From: a virus
Taxonomy: Duplodnaviria > Heunggongvirae > Uroviricota > Caudoviricetes
DNA length: 28,909 nucleotides
Direction: 5' to 3' (one strand)
IMG/VR virus record: IMGVR_UViG_638341082_000005
Coordinates: 1-28,909 of that record
Below are positions 1-7,875 of this stretch, in pieces. Both the position numbers and the translations under genes were made by a program. Each line of letters begins with the position of its first letter. Position 1 is the stretch's first letter. The notes beneath the pieces are model-generated. The model made no database searches and was not told the DNA's origin. It was given only the letters and a program-made list of their open reading frames with translations.

Positions 1-540
1 ATGAATCCGTTTAACGCCATTACTTTTGCTGCATTGTGCGGGCCTCTGGCTTGTCCTGCTGCTATGGCGCAGGAGTTCATCATCCAGCCAGCCCCTGTGA
101 TTGCTAAACCTTTTGAGTACTCTCCTTCTGTTGAGGAATTCTCACGCAAAATGGAAGAGGGTAAGGAGATCTTGCAAAAGTTAACAATTGCAGCAGATGA
201 CTACTATATCTGTTTGATTGATCTTAATAGCCAAGATGCTCGCGAGTTTGTTTCCAAAAACGGGACAGATACGACAGAGGCATGCGAAATGTTCCTGCGT
301 GCTTTTGAAGAAGAAGTGAAGCGTACAATTGAATCGCCTCTGCCTGAATTTATCAGGTCAGAACTGAAGGTTTACTGGCGTCATATTGCTAAAGCTCGCT
401 CATCTGTCACTCGCCTTAACAATTACATAAAGAGCATATTTAAAGAAACTGTTACTTTTAGCGGGCGCGCGGATCTTGCTGGAATTGCAGCACTAGCTAG
501 TCACACATCAAATAAGCTAAAATCGATGCAATTTCACTAA
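1..540 (+). CDS. hypothetical protein, possibly 5'-partial at the window edge; upstream partner of the YafO-like gene
   Basis: 179-aa ORF beginning at base 1 with a hydrophobic N-terminus (MNPFNAITFAALCGPLACPAAMA); no family recognised; stop lies 17 nt before the next ATG, suggesting an operon. Confidence 0.4.
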   Translation: MNPFNAITFAALCGPLACPAAMAQEFIIQPAPVIAKPFEYSPSVEEFSRKMEEGKEILQKLTIAADDYYICLIDLNSQDAREFVSKNGTDTTEACEMFLRAFEEEVKRTIESPLPEFIRSELKVYWRHIAKARSSVTRLNNYIKSIFKETVTFSGRADLAGIAALASHTSNKLKSMQFH

Positions 541-556
541 CCGATAGCGGACGACC

Positions 557-991
557 ATGCATCTAGAAGTCTCTATTAATCCAGAAACTAGAGCTGAATT
601 TTTTGATGAAGTTTTTCTCAAATTCCCGGAGCTAGAGTCTTCTATCATTGATGATTTCAAGAGATACAAAGCAACCGGTGAGCTTCCGCATTATTTCGGT
701 AGGGACGTTGCGTATACTCAGCCTTATGGTGCTTTTCGGGCTGGGTTGATGCATATCCATCTTTGTCTACCGCCAAACAAGTTTCCCGAGAAACTTCCAC
801 AACCGGATAGGGTCTGCAAGAAAGGTGATCCTGATAATGATGCTTGTCTTGTGTATGTCCAAGGTGAGCTTTATGAGAATAAATATTCACTCATTGCTAT
901 TATGTATCCCGATGCACATGAAAAAGCAAGAAAACATGATGTGATGAGCTATCTGGCGCGAATTGCCCAGAATTATAAAGATGAAAACTAA
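557..991 (+). CDS. YafO-family toxin-like protein (ribosome-dependent mRNA interferase family)
   Basis: 144-aa translation shares blocks with E. coli YafO as I recall it: YKxxGxLPxxFGRD, HIHL, LVYxQG, LIAIxxPxxHKxAR; from memory, not a search. Confidence 0.55.
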   Translation: MHLEVSINPETRAEFFDEVFLKFPELESSIIDDFKRYKATGELPHYFGRDVAYTQPYGAFRAGLMHIHLCLPPNKFPEKLPQPDRVCKKGDPDNDACLVYVQGELYENKYSLIAIMYPDAHEKARKHDVMSYLARIAQNYKDEN

Positions 992-1011
992 CCCGCCGAA
1001 GCGGGTTTTTT
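991..1011 (+). terminator. rho-independent terminator between convergent transcription units
   Basis: hairpin ACCCGC-CGAA-GCGGGT followed by TTTTTT; the reverse complement also gives a hairpin plus a short U-run for the minus-strand operon ending at 1018. Confidence 0.6.
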
Positions 1012-1017
1012 GTGAGA

Positions 1018-1290
1018 TTAGTTATTTATTTTCCTATTTGTTCTTACCCTCTCCCATTCAATTCTGCCTTCTTCACGCCGTTTATCTATATATTCAGCAA
1101 GATCCTGAATGTTGATGCAGCGCTTTGCTTTCTGTGATGTACCAACACGATAAGCCGGGATCGGCAACTGGCATGCATTTGCTTTCGCTTCTGCTGTGTT
1201 AGGGCTCATACCGAAATACTTTTGGCATACAGCTGACAGCTCAATGTTTGGGGTATTGAATTCAGCCATCAGTAAAAACAAGGTGTTCAT
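1018..1290 (-). CDS. PrtN-like (pyocin activator family) small DNA-binding protein
   Basis: MNTLFLLMAEF...YFGMSP...LPIPAYRV...IQDLAEYIDKRR matches the remembered PrtN-family pattern; start placed at internal ATG (MNTLF) preceded by GGAGA, rather than the ORF-track start at 1317. Confidence 0.55.
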   Translation of the reverse strand: MNTLFLLMAEFNTPNIELSAVCQKYFGMSPNTAEAKANACQLPIPAYRVGTSQKAKRCINIQDLAEYIDKRREEGRIEWERVRTNRKINN

Positions 1291-1326
1291 AATTTTCTCC
1301 ATCAAAACCGGCTGCACCCGGGAAAA

Positions 1327-1902
1327 TCATAATTCTGTGCTGGTGGCAGGAATTAATTTCTGCCAGATAGCGGAAACATATTTTGCCTGATGACGGGCAT
1401 CAGCCAGGGCGTTGTGCCGTTCGCCATCGAAAGGCATGTCCATTTTGGGGTCGAATCCGATGGAACGCCCAAGCGTAACGATCGTGCGTACATCGTGGTC
1501 ATTCCAGTATGCCCACGGGCAGATTTGTCCTGCTCGCTCATAAGCTCCACGTAAAATTACGTTGTCGAAGGTGGCTCCGTTACCCCAGACTTTTAAATAT
1601 TTCGTATTGTCTGCGTGCCGGTTAATGAAATGATTTAGTTCTGAGAGAGCATCGCTGATCGACAAAGTATCATCAATACAGATTGCAGCTCGTGCTTCAG
1701 GGCTTTGTTTCAACCACCACAGGATGGTATCGCCGTCAGGTGTAGCTCCTAGCTTCATAGCACTGTCCAGGCTAACAACCGTATAGAATTCTTGTCCGAT
1801 GTCTCCGGTTTCTGGAGTGAAGAACACCGCGCCAATGGAAACGATCGGTGCATCCTTATTTTTCCCCATCGTCTCAAGGTCGATCATTAAGTTGTTCATC
1901 AC
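1327..1902 (-). CDS. DnaQ-like (DEDDh) 3'-5' exonuclease
   Basis: Exo I motif IDLETMG near the N-terminus and H-x4-D motif (HNALADARH) near the C-terminus; 4-nt overlap with the upstream gene. Confidence 0.7.
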   Translation of the reverse strand: MMNNLMIDLETMGKNKDAPIVSIGAVFFTPETGDIGQEFYTVVSLDSAMKLGATPDGDTILWWLKQSPEARAAICIDDTLSISDALSELNHFINRHADNTKYLKVWGNGATFDNVILRGAYERAGQICPWAYWNDHDVRTIVTLGRSIGFDPKMDMPFDGERHNALADARHQAKYVSAIWQKLIPATSTEL

Positions 1903-2708
1903 TTCACCTCTTGTGATGGTTTTGCTGCAAAATACTCGATACCTTTATCCCAGATAGATTTTATGGTCGACCACGTGACTGGCACTTTAATTTCAATACG
2001 TCCGCTCCCGTCACAGGTATCGCAATCATCATCGCCAAAGCATTCCAGGCAGCTTATAAACGTAGTTTCTGAAAATTCACCGGATAGCGCCCCCTTAGCG
2101 CCGTTCTCGGCTGTTAGTCTCTTCGGCACCATAACCCAACCATCCGGAGTTACCGGAGAGTTGCCAGACAGTGCGTTCTGCAATCGTTCCAGCTTAACGT
2201 ATTCCTGAACCCTGTTTCCGTCGCACGCCTGAAGCCATTGCACAGCCTTTTGCGCATCAGTGTGAAAGGTACAAGTGCGACCGTCATCAAATTGCATTTC
2301 GTAGAGGTCAGCAACCTGTTTAAACTGCGTTTGTGGCAACTTGTAAGCCTGGCTTGCAGGTACGGCACCATAGAGCATGGCAGCTCGGCAGGCGTTCCAG
2401 CCTTCATCAAAACCGACTATGCCATTATTTAAAGATGGACGAGCATCTGGCACCACCGGCACTGGCTTGGCTATATATAGCGGCTGAACATACCAGCCCT
2501 TTGATAACCAACTGTCAGCAATGTTTTTACTCCTAGTTATTGCCGGAATACCTAAGCCATTGTCTGAATGCAGCCATGCCACCGGATCCTCTTCCAGCGA
2601 TGCCAGAGCAATTTCATAAGCACGGCGCTCAACATTGTCTCGCACGTCCATGCTGCTGATTCGTTCTTTGATTTCTTTAATCAGTTCTTTATCGGTAAAT
2701 GTGGTCAT
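1899..2708 (-). CDS. hypothetical prophage protein with C-terminal CxxC...CxxCxGxG zinc-ribbon-like motif
   Basis: 269-aa ORF; C-terminus CLECFGDDDCDTCDGSGRI; TAATG overlap with the upstream gene indicates translational coupling. Confidence 0.5.
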   Translation of the reverse strand: MTTFTDKELIKEIKERISSMDVRDNVERRAYEIALASLEEDPVAWLHSDNGLGIPAITRSKNIADSWLSKGWYVQPLYIAKPVPVVPDARPSLNNGIVGFDEGWNACRAAMLYGAVPASQAYKLPQTQFKQVADLYEMQFDDGRTCTFHTDAQKAVQWLQACDGNRVQEYVKLERLQNALSGNSPVTPDGWVMVPKRLTAENGAKGALSGEFSETTFISCLECFGDDDCDTCDGSGRIEIKVPVTWSTIKSIWDKGIEYFAAKPSQEVK

Positions 2709-3064
2709 TATGCTCCAGCCTCCGGTGCTTTTGGCATTACTGCCCAGTGAGTGATATTGACGTTTTCAAGGTCCCCGACCTGAAATGTCCACTGCCATTC
2801 TCCGGTTTCTTTTTGCCCCCATGTATACCAGAGAGAACGCCAGCCAATCAGCCAGCCTTCTCCATTAGCATCAAATAACAGAATACTTTCATTCGCTGGC
2901 GGCAGTTCAGCTGACACTGGTATTACTTTGTTTTCCAGTGCTGCACATTTAGCTTCAAGCGCATCAAATTTACGCACCAGGTACTCAGCATTTGTTTCAT
3001 TCACTTTCAGATCTCGTGGTACACATTTCCCGCGAAGAAACCCTTCCATTTCGAAAACATTCAT
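2708..3064 (-). CDS. DUF551-like phage protein
   Basis: Trp-rich C-terminal half ending THWAVMPKAP, typical of DUF551; start placed at second Met, giving an ATGA overlap with the HD gene stop. Confidence 0.5.
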   Translation of the reverse strand: MNVFEMEGFLRGKCVPRDLKVNETNAEYLVRKFDALEAKCAALENKVIPVSAELPPANESILLFDANGEGWLIGWRSLWYTWGQKETGEWQWTFQVGDLENVNITHWAVMPKAPEAGA

Positions 3065-3597
3065 GCGCATTTGCGTAACTCCGATAACTCGTTAAAACGT
3101 TCCATAAACATCCCATAGGCATGGCCTGGCGACAGTGGAATAACTTTGAACATCTCTGTTGCCGGGATACCTTCCAGTACAGGCCAGAAAGAGCCATCAT
3201 CAAGCCCGAGATCGCGGCGTTCGGTTGCCAGCATGATGAGATCGGCATATTTCACGGGCGTGCTCATAACCGGGGGTAACCCGTATTTCTCACGGATTAC
3301 GGCGTCTATTTTTTCTTCCATCCGTTTATAGTCAGGAAGAAGGCGTTTCAGTGGCGCGGGGATGTCCTGGCAATACGCTTCTGTTGCATCATGCATTAAT
3401 GCTTCAAAAGCAAATTCCTGCGGTACCAGCTGGCTGCAAAGCACCGCATGTTGGGCGACGCTGTAGAAATGTGAAAGATGTCCTGCAAAGCGACAGATAT
3501 TTGAAAGAGAAACCGCGATATCGTTAATAACGATGTCGTCTTTATTTATCCTGTCATAATAAAAATGCTTCCCGGAAAAAGTTTTAATAAATGACAT
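3061..3597 (-). CDS. HD-domain phosphohydrolase (YfdR-like 5'-deoxynucleotidase)
   Basis: HD motif in LMHDATEAY plus upstream His (AQHAVL); start at ATG (MSFIKTF) with GGAGA 7 nt upstream; the ORF-track start at 3624 is a GTG without an RBS. Confidence 0.7.
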   Translation of the reverse strand: MSFIKTFSGKHFYYDRINKDDIVINDIAVSLSNICRFAGHLSHFYSVAQHAVLCSQLVPQEFAFEALMHDATEAYCQDIPAPLKRLLPDYKRMEEKIDAVIREKYGLPPVMSTPVKYADLIMLATERRDLGLDDGSFWPVLEGIPATEMFKVIPLSPGHAYGMFMERFNELSELRKCA

Positions 3598-3690
3598 TTT
3601 GTTCTCCACGTATATGCGCTGCACCGCGCTGAATTCTGGTAAAAGGAAGCCCTCACCATCCGGCGATTATTGAGTTAATTACGTTTCCAT

Positions 3691-3712
3691 AAATGCCCCC
3701 GCAGGGGCATTT
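3691..3712 (-). other. intercistronic perfect stem-loop, no U-tract
   Basis: AAATGCCCC-CGCA-GGGGCATTT, 9-bp stem, between the YfdQ-like stop and the HD gene start; probably an mRNA processing or stability element rather than a terminator. Confidence 0.4.
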
Positions 3713-3724
3713 GCAGTAATGAAA

Positions 3725-4549
3725 TCAGGCGGTGAAAGTACCAATAAAGGTTTCTACTTTGCTGTCTTTGAATTTCTCAACAAGCAGATCACGAAATTCG
3801 TTAGCCATTTCTTCCTGCACTGCTTCCAGCTGAATAATGCGCAGAACCAGTACAGGACGATCGCCAGTGATAATGCTGAGGCGTAATTTAAATGGACGTT
3901 CTTTCAGACCTTCAAACGGAACGCATTTAAATTCAAATGCCACTGGCATAATATCTTTGGTCTTCGCTTCGACAGACTCCATCAGGGAGCGTTTGCCGCT
4001 GAAGTCATTATCTTCAAAATCAGCGGTCTGGTTTGCTTCAATCGTGATTTTACGGACAGCCGCAGCCGCTTTTGTTGCCTGAATAGCGTCACCATTAGCA
4101 TCAAAGCCCACAAGGTAGTCGGCCCAGTCTTCAATCCATTCTGCCAGTGACTTCTGGGAGTTACGCTCGCCATTAACAGACAACAGAGCAGAGAACGGTG
4201 CTGTCTTTTTCAGTTTGAGAGTGGCGGTGTTATCTGCGTGACCTGGTTCATCAATAGTACCCAGGTTAATCACACTGACGGCTCGCATATTATCGGCATC
4301 GATAAAGCAGCGGGTGCCTTCATCTGCAAGATCTTTAGAATAACGGGTAAAGTCATCGATGCTGGCAGTGGAAAGCGCACCACGGAAACGGAAGCGATTT
4401 AAATTAAATTTCTCCAGATCATGAATGCGGAAATTCTCAGGCAATGCCACAGCATCGGCACCAATCTTACTGATAATTTCATTAACACCCTGAGCAGAAA
4501 TAAGGGCATGGATTTGATTAATTGCGGTTGCGTCTAAGTTCTGAGACAT
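3725..4549 (-). CDS. YfdQ-family (DUF2303) prophage protein
   Basis: 274-aa translation resembles YfdQ of prophage CPS-53; same relative position (YfdP-Q-R-S) as in that element. Confidence 0.65.
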   Translation of the reverse strand: MSQNLDATAINQIHALISAQGVNEIISKIGADAVALPENFRIHDLEKFNLNRFRFRGALSTASIDDFTRYSKDLADEGTRCFIDADNMRAVSVINLGTIDEPGHADNTATLKLKKTAPFSALLSVNGERNSQKSLAEWIEDWADYLVGFDANGDAIQATKAAAAVRKITIEANQTADFEDNDFSGKRSLMESVEAKTKDIMPVAFEFKCVPFEGLKERPFKLRLSIITGDRPVLVLRIIQLEAVQEEMANEFRDLLVEKFKDSKVETFIGTFTA

Positions 4550-4614
4550 AATAAGTCCTCACTATATAAAGATATTCAGTGATGAGATAAATAATCGGTT
4601 AATTAAGAACGATA

Positions 4615-4977
4615 TTAATGACCTGCTGCGCGGAGTTTTCCGTCAGGTTCACCGGCAAGAGTCAGTAATTGTCCCTGGTCTTCCTGCAGAATAGTCAGGC
4701 GACCACCGCGATTGACATACATCGGCGTTTCGGTGGTGTCTTCTTCGGAAATTTTCCCGCGGTTAGTCGGGCGAACATATGAGAGTTTGTGTTTGATTTT
4801 CACACGGTTCTCATCAAATGGTTCGATTTCCAGGTTGAGCGAGACCTTACCTTTGGTTTTCGTGTTCATCACACCGGAAGCGACTTCACTGAGAACAGCG
4901 CCGATTTTGGTTTCAAATACGCCGCCGTCCAGCTCCCCGATAAATGCCTGCACATCAGTACTGCGTTCGCTAGCCAT
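4615..4977 (-). CDS. hypothetical protein (YfdP-position), first gene of the early-left operon
   Basis: start placed at ATG 4977 (MASERSTDVQ...) with GAGGAG 7 nt upstream; the longer ORF-track start at 5208 runs into a structured region with no RBS. Confidence 0.5.
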   Translation of the reverse strand: MASERSTDVQAFIGELDGGVFETKIGAVLSEVASGVMNTKTKGKVSLNLEIEPFDENRVKIKHKLSYVRPTNRGKISEEDTTETPMYVNRGGRLTILQEDQGQLLTLAGEPDGKLRAAGH

Positions 4978-5027
4978 TTTGCTGCTCCTCATCATATCGA
5001 CCCTGCAAGGTCGGTTGGTTTCTCCAC

Positions 5028-5112
5028 AAAACAGAGAAGAACACCTGCGGTGACTGCCGCCCGGATGGATTGGGTTATGAGCCCGTCGTCCGGTGATGCT
5101 CTTCTCTGTTTT
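5028..5112 (-). promoter_or_regulatory. long hairpin in the 5' UTR of the first early-left gene
   Basis: AAAACAGAGAAGAACA (5028-5043) pairs with TGCTCTTCTCTGTTTT (5097-5112), one mismatch, about 53-nt loop; lies between the tL-like terminator and the RBS at 4985-4990. Confidence 0.4.
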
Positions 5113-5160
5113 GTAAAAAGAGCGGTACCAGCCGGAAGCAAGTGTACAAACTGGTACCGC
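5113..5160 (-). terminator. intrinsic terminator inside the early-left leader (tL-like)
   Basis: 10-bp GC-rich inverted repeat GCGGTACCAG / CTGGTACCGC followed on the minus strand by UCUUUUUACAAAA. Confidence 0.5.
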
Positions 5161-5260
5161 CAAAGCAGTGGCTGTTGTGGTGGGGTTGTCACTCAGGCGT
5201 ATGGTCAACCTGACAATCCGGTGTCCTCAACGGGGAAAGAGTAACCCCGCCATACTTACC

Positions 5261-5299
5261 GCCGCGCCATTTCGCGGATTACCACAACGCTGAGAGCAC
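5261..5299 (-). promoter_or_regulatory. candidate nut-like element (boxA-like + boxB-like hairpin)
   Basis: minus strand reads GTGCTCTCAGCG (boxA-like, cf. lambda CGCTCTTA), then about 11 nt, then hairpin CCGCG-AAATGG-CGCGG; no N-like ORF seen, so speculative. Confidence 0.25.
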
Positions 5300-5571
5300 T
5301 TAGCCAGTTACGGCACCACACTTTGTCGCGGTTCCATAAATGCCCTCATCGTTGCACCCTGGTCTCTTCCCAGGCGTCAAACCGGATCGCCACGCTGGTT
5401 AGGCGTCTTATCAGCATCCTCATTGACTTGCACATTCCGGCTACCTGGTTTGTTTGCCCGAGCAAGGAGTGGATTGTCCCCTTTAACGTCCCCAGACCGC
5501 TAACGACGCATGTGCCATACGCCGTGTTACAACCAAATTTTGTTAGTACCTTGTTTGTAGGTCTGGAGAGA

Positions 5572-5600
5572 AAGATAAAATGAAGTTGCGCATTATGCAA
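5572..5600 (-). promoter_or_regulatory. candidate pL promoter overlapping an operator-like palindrome
   Basis: minus strand TTGCAT (-35), 17 nt, TATCTT (-10); overlaps TTGCGCATTATGCAA (5586-5600); a second palindrome TTGCGAGATAAGCAA at 5609-5623. Confidence 0.4.
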
Positions 5601-5637
5601 GTGTTTTATTGCGAGATAAGCAATTTGGTGGGTAATG

Positions 5638-5657
5638 AAAAGCCACCTTCTGGTGGC
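5638..5657 (-). terminator. terminator downstream of the repressor gene
   Basis: GCCACC-TTCT-GGTGGC hairpin followed by a short U-run on the minus strand, 23 nt past the repressor stop. Confidence 0.45.
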
Positions 5658-5679
5658 TAATTGATGTTGAGGTAGGGGG

Positions 5680-6372
5680 TTAATTGTGTCGCTTAAGGGT
5701 CTGTGACTGACTGATTAAGACCTTTCCAAAGACCATAAACCGGTGTTCGTTTTCGCTGGTAATTCCCCATTCGCGGTAAATCTGATTATCAGAAATTACC
5801 AGCAGTTTATCAGGTATCATTTGCAGTCGTTTGACGTAAATTTTATCATCAAAACCAAATACATATATACCATCCCCATCAAACTGATTGATACTGATAT
5901 CAACGAAGATGAGATCTCCTGGCTCAATGGTTGGACACATACTGTCCCCACGAACGTTGATAACTTTAATGTGATTTGCTGGTCGTCCACCAAACATCGA
6001 TACAGCATTATCAGTTCTGTATTCAATGGCATGAATCACATCAATGACATCACCGCCCTGGATAAGGCCATTTCCCGCACTGGCACTGACATCCAGCATT
6101 TCAATACGGAATACATCCTTCACCTGCGCAACATCCTCACTAATACTGTTTTTACATACAGTATTACTTTTGAGGTCTGAGGTAAAGAGATCAGCAATAT
6201 CAACACCTAAGCTCCTGGCAATATTACTCAGGGCTTGTTCAGTGAATTGTTTCTGCTTACCTGTTTCGAGGCGCGAGATATTCGCCGCATCCACTCCTAT
6301 TGCTTCAGCGAGATCGGCGATTTTCATGTTCTTCGCCTGGCGAAGTTGTCTGACTCGATTTCCTATGTTCAT
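5680..6372 (-). CDS. CI-type prophage repressor (HTH + S24 LexA-like peptidase)
   Basis: N-terminal HTH (MKIADLAEAIGVDAANISRLETGKQ), Ala-Gly cleavage site (SASAGNG), Ser nucleophile in GDSMCPT and Lys in KRLQ; divergent from the Cro-like gene. Confidence 0.85.
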   Translation of the reverse strand: MNIGNRVRQLRQAKNMKIADLAEAIGVDAANISRLETGKQKQFTEQALSNIARSLGVDIADLFTSDLKSNTVCKNSISEDVAQVKDVFRIEMLDVSASAGNGLIQGGDVIDVIHAIEYRTDNAVSMFGGRPANHIKVINVRGDSMCPTIEPGDLIFVDISINQFDGDGIYVFGFDDKIYVKRLQMIPDKLLVISDNQIYREWGITSENEHRFMVFGKVLISQSQTLKRHN

Positions 6373-6469
6373 GCGTTTATTACATTTCTTTATTGCGCGT
6401 TAAGCAAATCAACTTGCGCAAAATATTTGCGTGAAATAATATGCTCATCACGCAATATGTGGAGGTTAT
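6373..6469. promoter_or_regulatory. oR/pR-pRM-like divergent control region
   Basis: operator-like palindrome TTGCGCGTTAAGCAA (6393-6407) of the same form as the two at 5586-5623; candidate pR TTGCGC (6414-6419), 17 nt, TAATAT (6437-6442); inverted repeat TTGCGTGA...TCACGCAA (6427-6455); GGAGG RBS before the Cro-like ATG. Confidence 0.5.
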
Positions 6470-6730
6470 ATGCAATCACCATTACGGAATGTGCGTAAGG
6501 CGCACGGATTTACTTTGCAGCATGTTGCTGCGGGCGTTCAGGTCAATCCAGCGACGCTGAGTCGTATTGAAAGACTGGAACAAATTCCATCTATCGATCT
6601 TGCAGAACGTCTGGCCAATTTTTTTAAGGGTGAAATCAGCGAAATGCAGATTCTTTATCCGGCACGTTTTCAATCTAGCCAAAACCAGAATGGGTTTAAA
6701 CCACAGGAACAGGAGGTAAGCCGTGGGTAA
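6470..6730 (+). CDS. Cro-like HTH (XRE-family) regulator
   Basis: 86-aa protein with HTH (FTLQHVAAGVQVNPATLSRIER), divergent from the repressor, GGAGG RBS. Confidence 0.7.
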   Translation: MQSPLRNVRKAHGFTLQHVAAGVQVNPATLSRIERLEQIPSIDLAERLANFFKGEISEMQILYPARFQSSQNQNGFKPQEQEVSRG

Positions 6731-7274
6731 GCATCATTGGAAAGTGGAAAAACAACCTGAGTGGTACGTGAAAGCTGTCAGAAAAACTATCGCGGCATTG
6801 CCTGGGGGTTACGCTGAAGCTGCTGACTGGCTGGATGTAACAGAGAACGCTTTATTCAACCGCCTTCGTGCAGATGGCGATCAGATTTTCCCGCTGGGAT
6901 GGGCAATGGTTTTACAGCGCGCGGCTGGCACTCACTACATTGCGGATGCTGTCGCACAGTCTGCTGGTGGGGTGTTCGTATCGCTTCCTGAAATTGAGGA
7001 AGTAGAGAACGCCGATATAAACCAGCGCCTGCTGGAAGTCATCGAACAGATCGGGAATTACTCAAAGCAGATTCGTTCGGCAATCGAAGATGGGGTCGTG
7101 GAGCCACACGAGCAGACAGCAATTAATGATGAGTTGTATCTGTCAATTTCGAAGCTCCAGGAGCATGCAGCACTGGTCTACAAAATCTTCTGCGCTCCAG
7201 AAAAGAGTGACGCCCGCGAGTGTGCAGCTCCGGGCGTCGTGGCGTTTTGTGTCTGTGGAGAAACTAACGCATGA
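6723..7274 (+). CDS. CII-like regulator (CP76-type), putative
   Basis: GTG start after AGGAGG; position immediately after Cro; resembles CP76-type CII proteins from memory. Confidence 0.45.
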   Translation: MGKHHWKVEKQPEWYVKAVRKTIAALPGGYAEAADWLDVTENALFNRLRADGDQIFPLGWAMVLQRAAGTHYIADAVAQSAGGVFVSLPEIEEVENADINQRLLEVIEQIGNYSKQIRSAIEDGVVEPHEQTAINDELYLSISKLQEHAALVYKIFCAPEKSDARECAAPGVVAFCVCGETNA

Positions 7275-7875
7275 ACAGTTTAACGGCAAATAACCGTTTG
7301 TCGCAACAGCTGGTGGTCAGTGTCGCTGAACACCTGTTGTTACGGTATGAATGCAGATTACCAAATCACCTGGCTGTAAGTAACCACAGAGAACTTTACC
7401 TGACTGTGGGGGGCGAGTTGTGCAGGAACTTAACCGCTGGTTTCGTGACGGAAGAGGGCTTTATGTCCATGTTATTCGTTGGGAGCCAGAAACACAGCGC
7501 GTTATCTATCTTCGCAAAGACTACCCGCATGAGTGCTTTAGTCCTTTGTGGAAATTCAGGCATGATTTTGTTGAGTGTGAAGGACCACCAGCACATTGAT
7601 TCTGCCATTCCGGGACGTTACACTGTTCAGGCACCTTATAAAGCGGGTGCCGGGCGTGGAAACCCGGAATTCACCAAAGCGCACAACCGCGCTCTTGCGG
7701 TTTTTTTGTGTAATGAGCAGCATTACGCCCAAATTATGGTGGGGCGTGCAGGGCCAACTTCGGTTGGGCCGGGTTCTTTGGTGACCGGTATTTCCACCCC
7801 TGTACGTCTCACCACCAATAAGGTCGTGGAAAGCCTTGGTGGTGAGTTATTAAAAATCACCAAAGAGGCTGCCAT
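7271..7875 (+). other. ambiguous segment: frame is open but no recognisable protein; contains terminator-like and tetraloop hairpins
   Basis: frame 2 is open from ATG 7271 into the Rha gene; an alternative 59-codon frame (GTG 7420 to TGA 7599) looks more protein-like; AACCGC-GCTCTT-GCGGTT + TTTTTTT at 7685-7709; UUCG-loop hairpin near 7751-7770; 11-bp inverted repeat CTCACCACCAA/TTGGTGGTGAG at 7808-7846. Confidence 0.3.

Noticed and set aside
4615-5208. Long (197-aa) version of the first early-left gene
   Set aside because: The N-terminal extension runs through the structured leader and lacks an RBS, whereas the internal ATG at 4977 has a GAGGAG site at ideal spacing
5323-5600. Overlapping 84-86-aa ORFs on both strands in the pL leader
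   Set aside because: No RBS, no recognisable features, and both overlap predicted hairpins; the minus-strand reading shows only very short ORFs, so the region is treated as non-coding
6044-6403. 119-aa plus-strand ORF antisense to the repressor gene
   Set aside because: Entirely antisense to a well-supported CI-type repressor with clear HTH and S24 motifs
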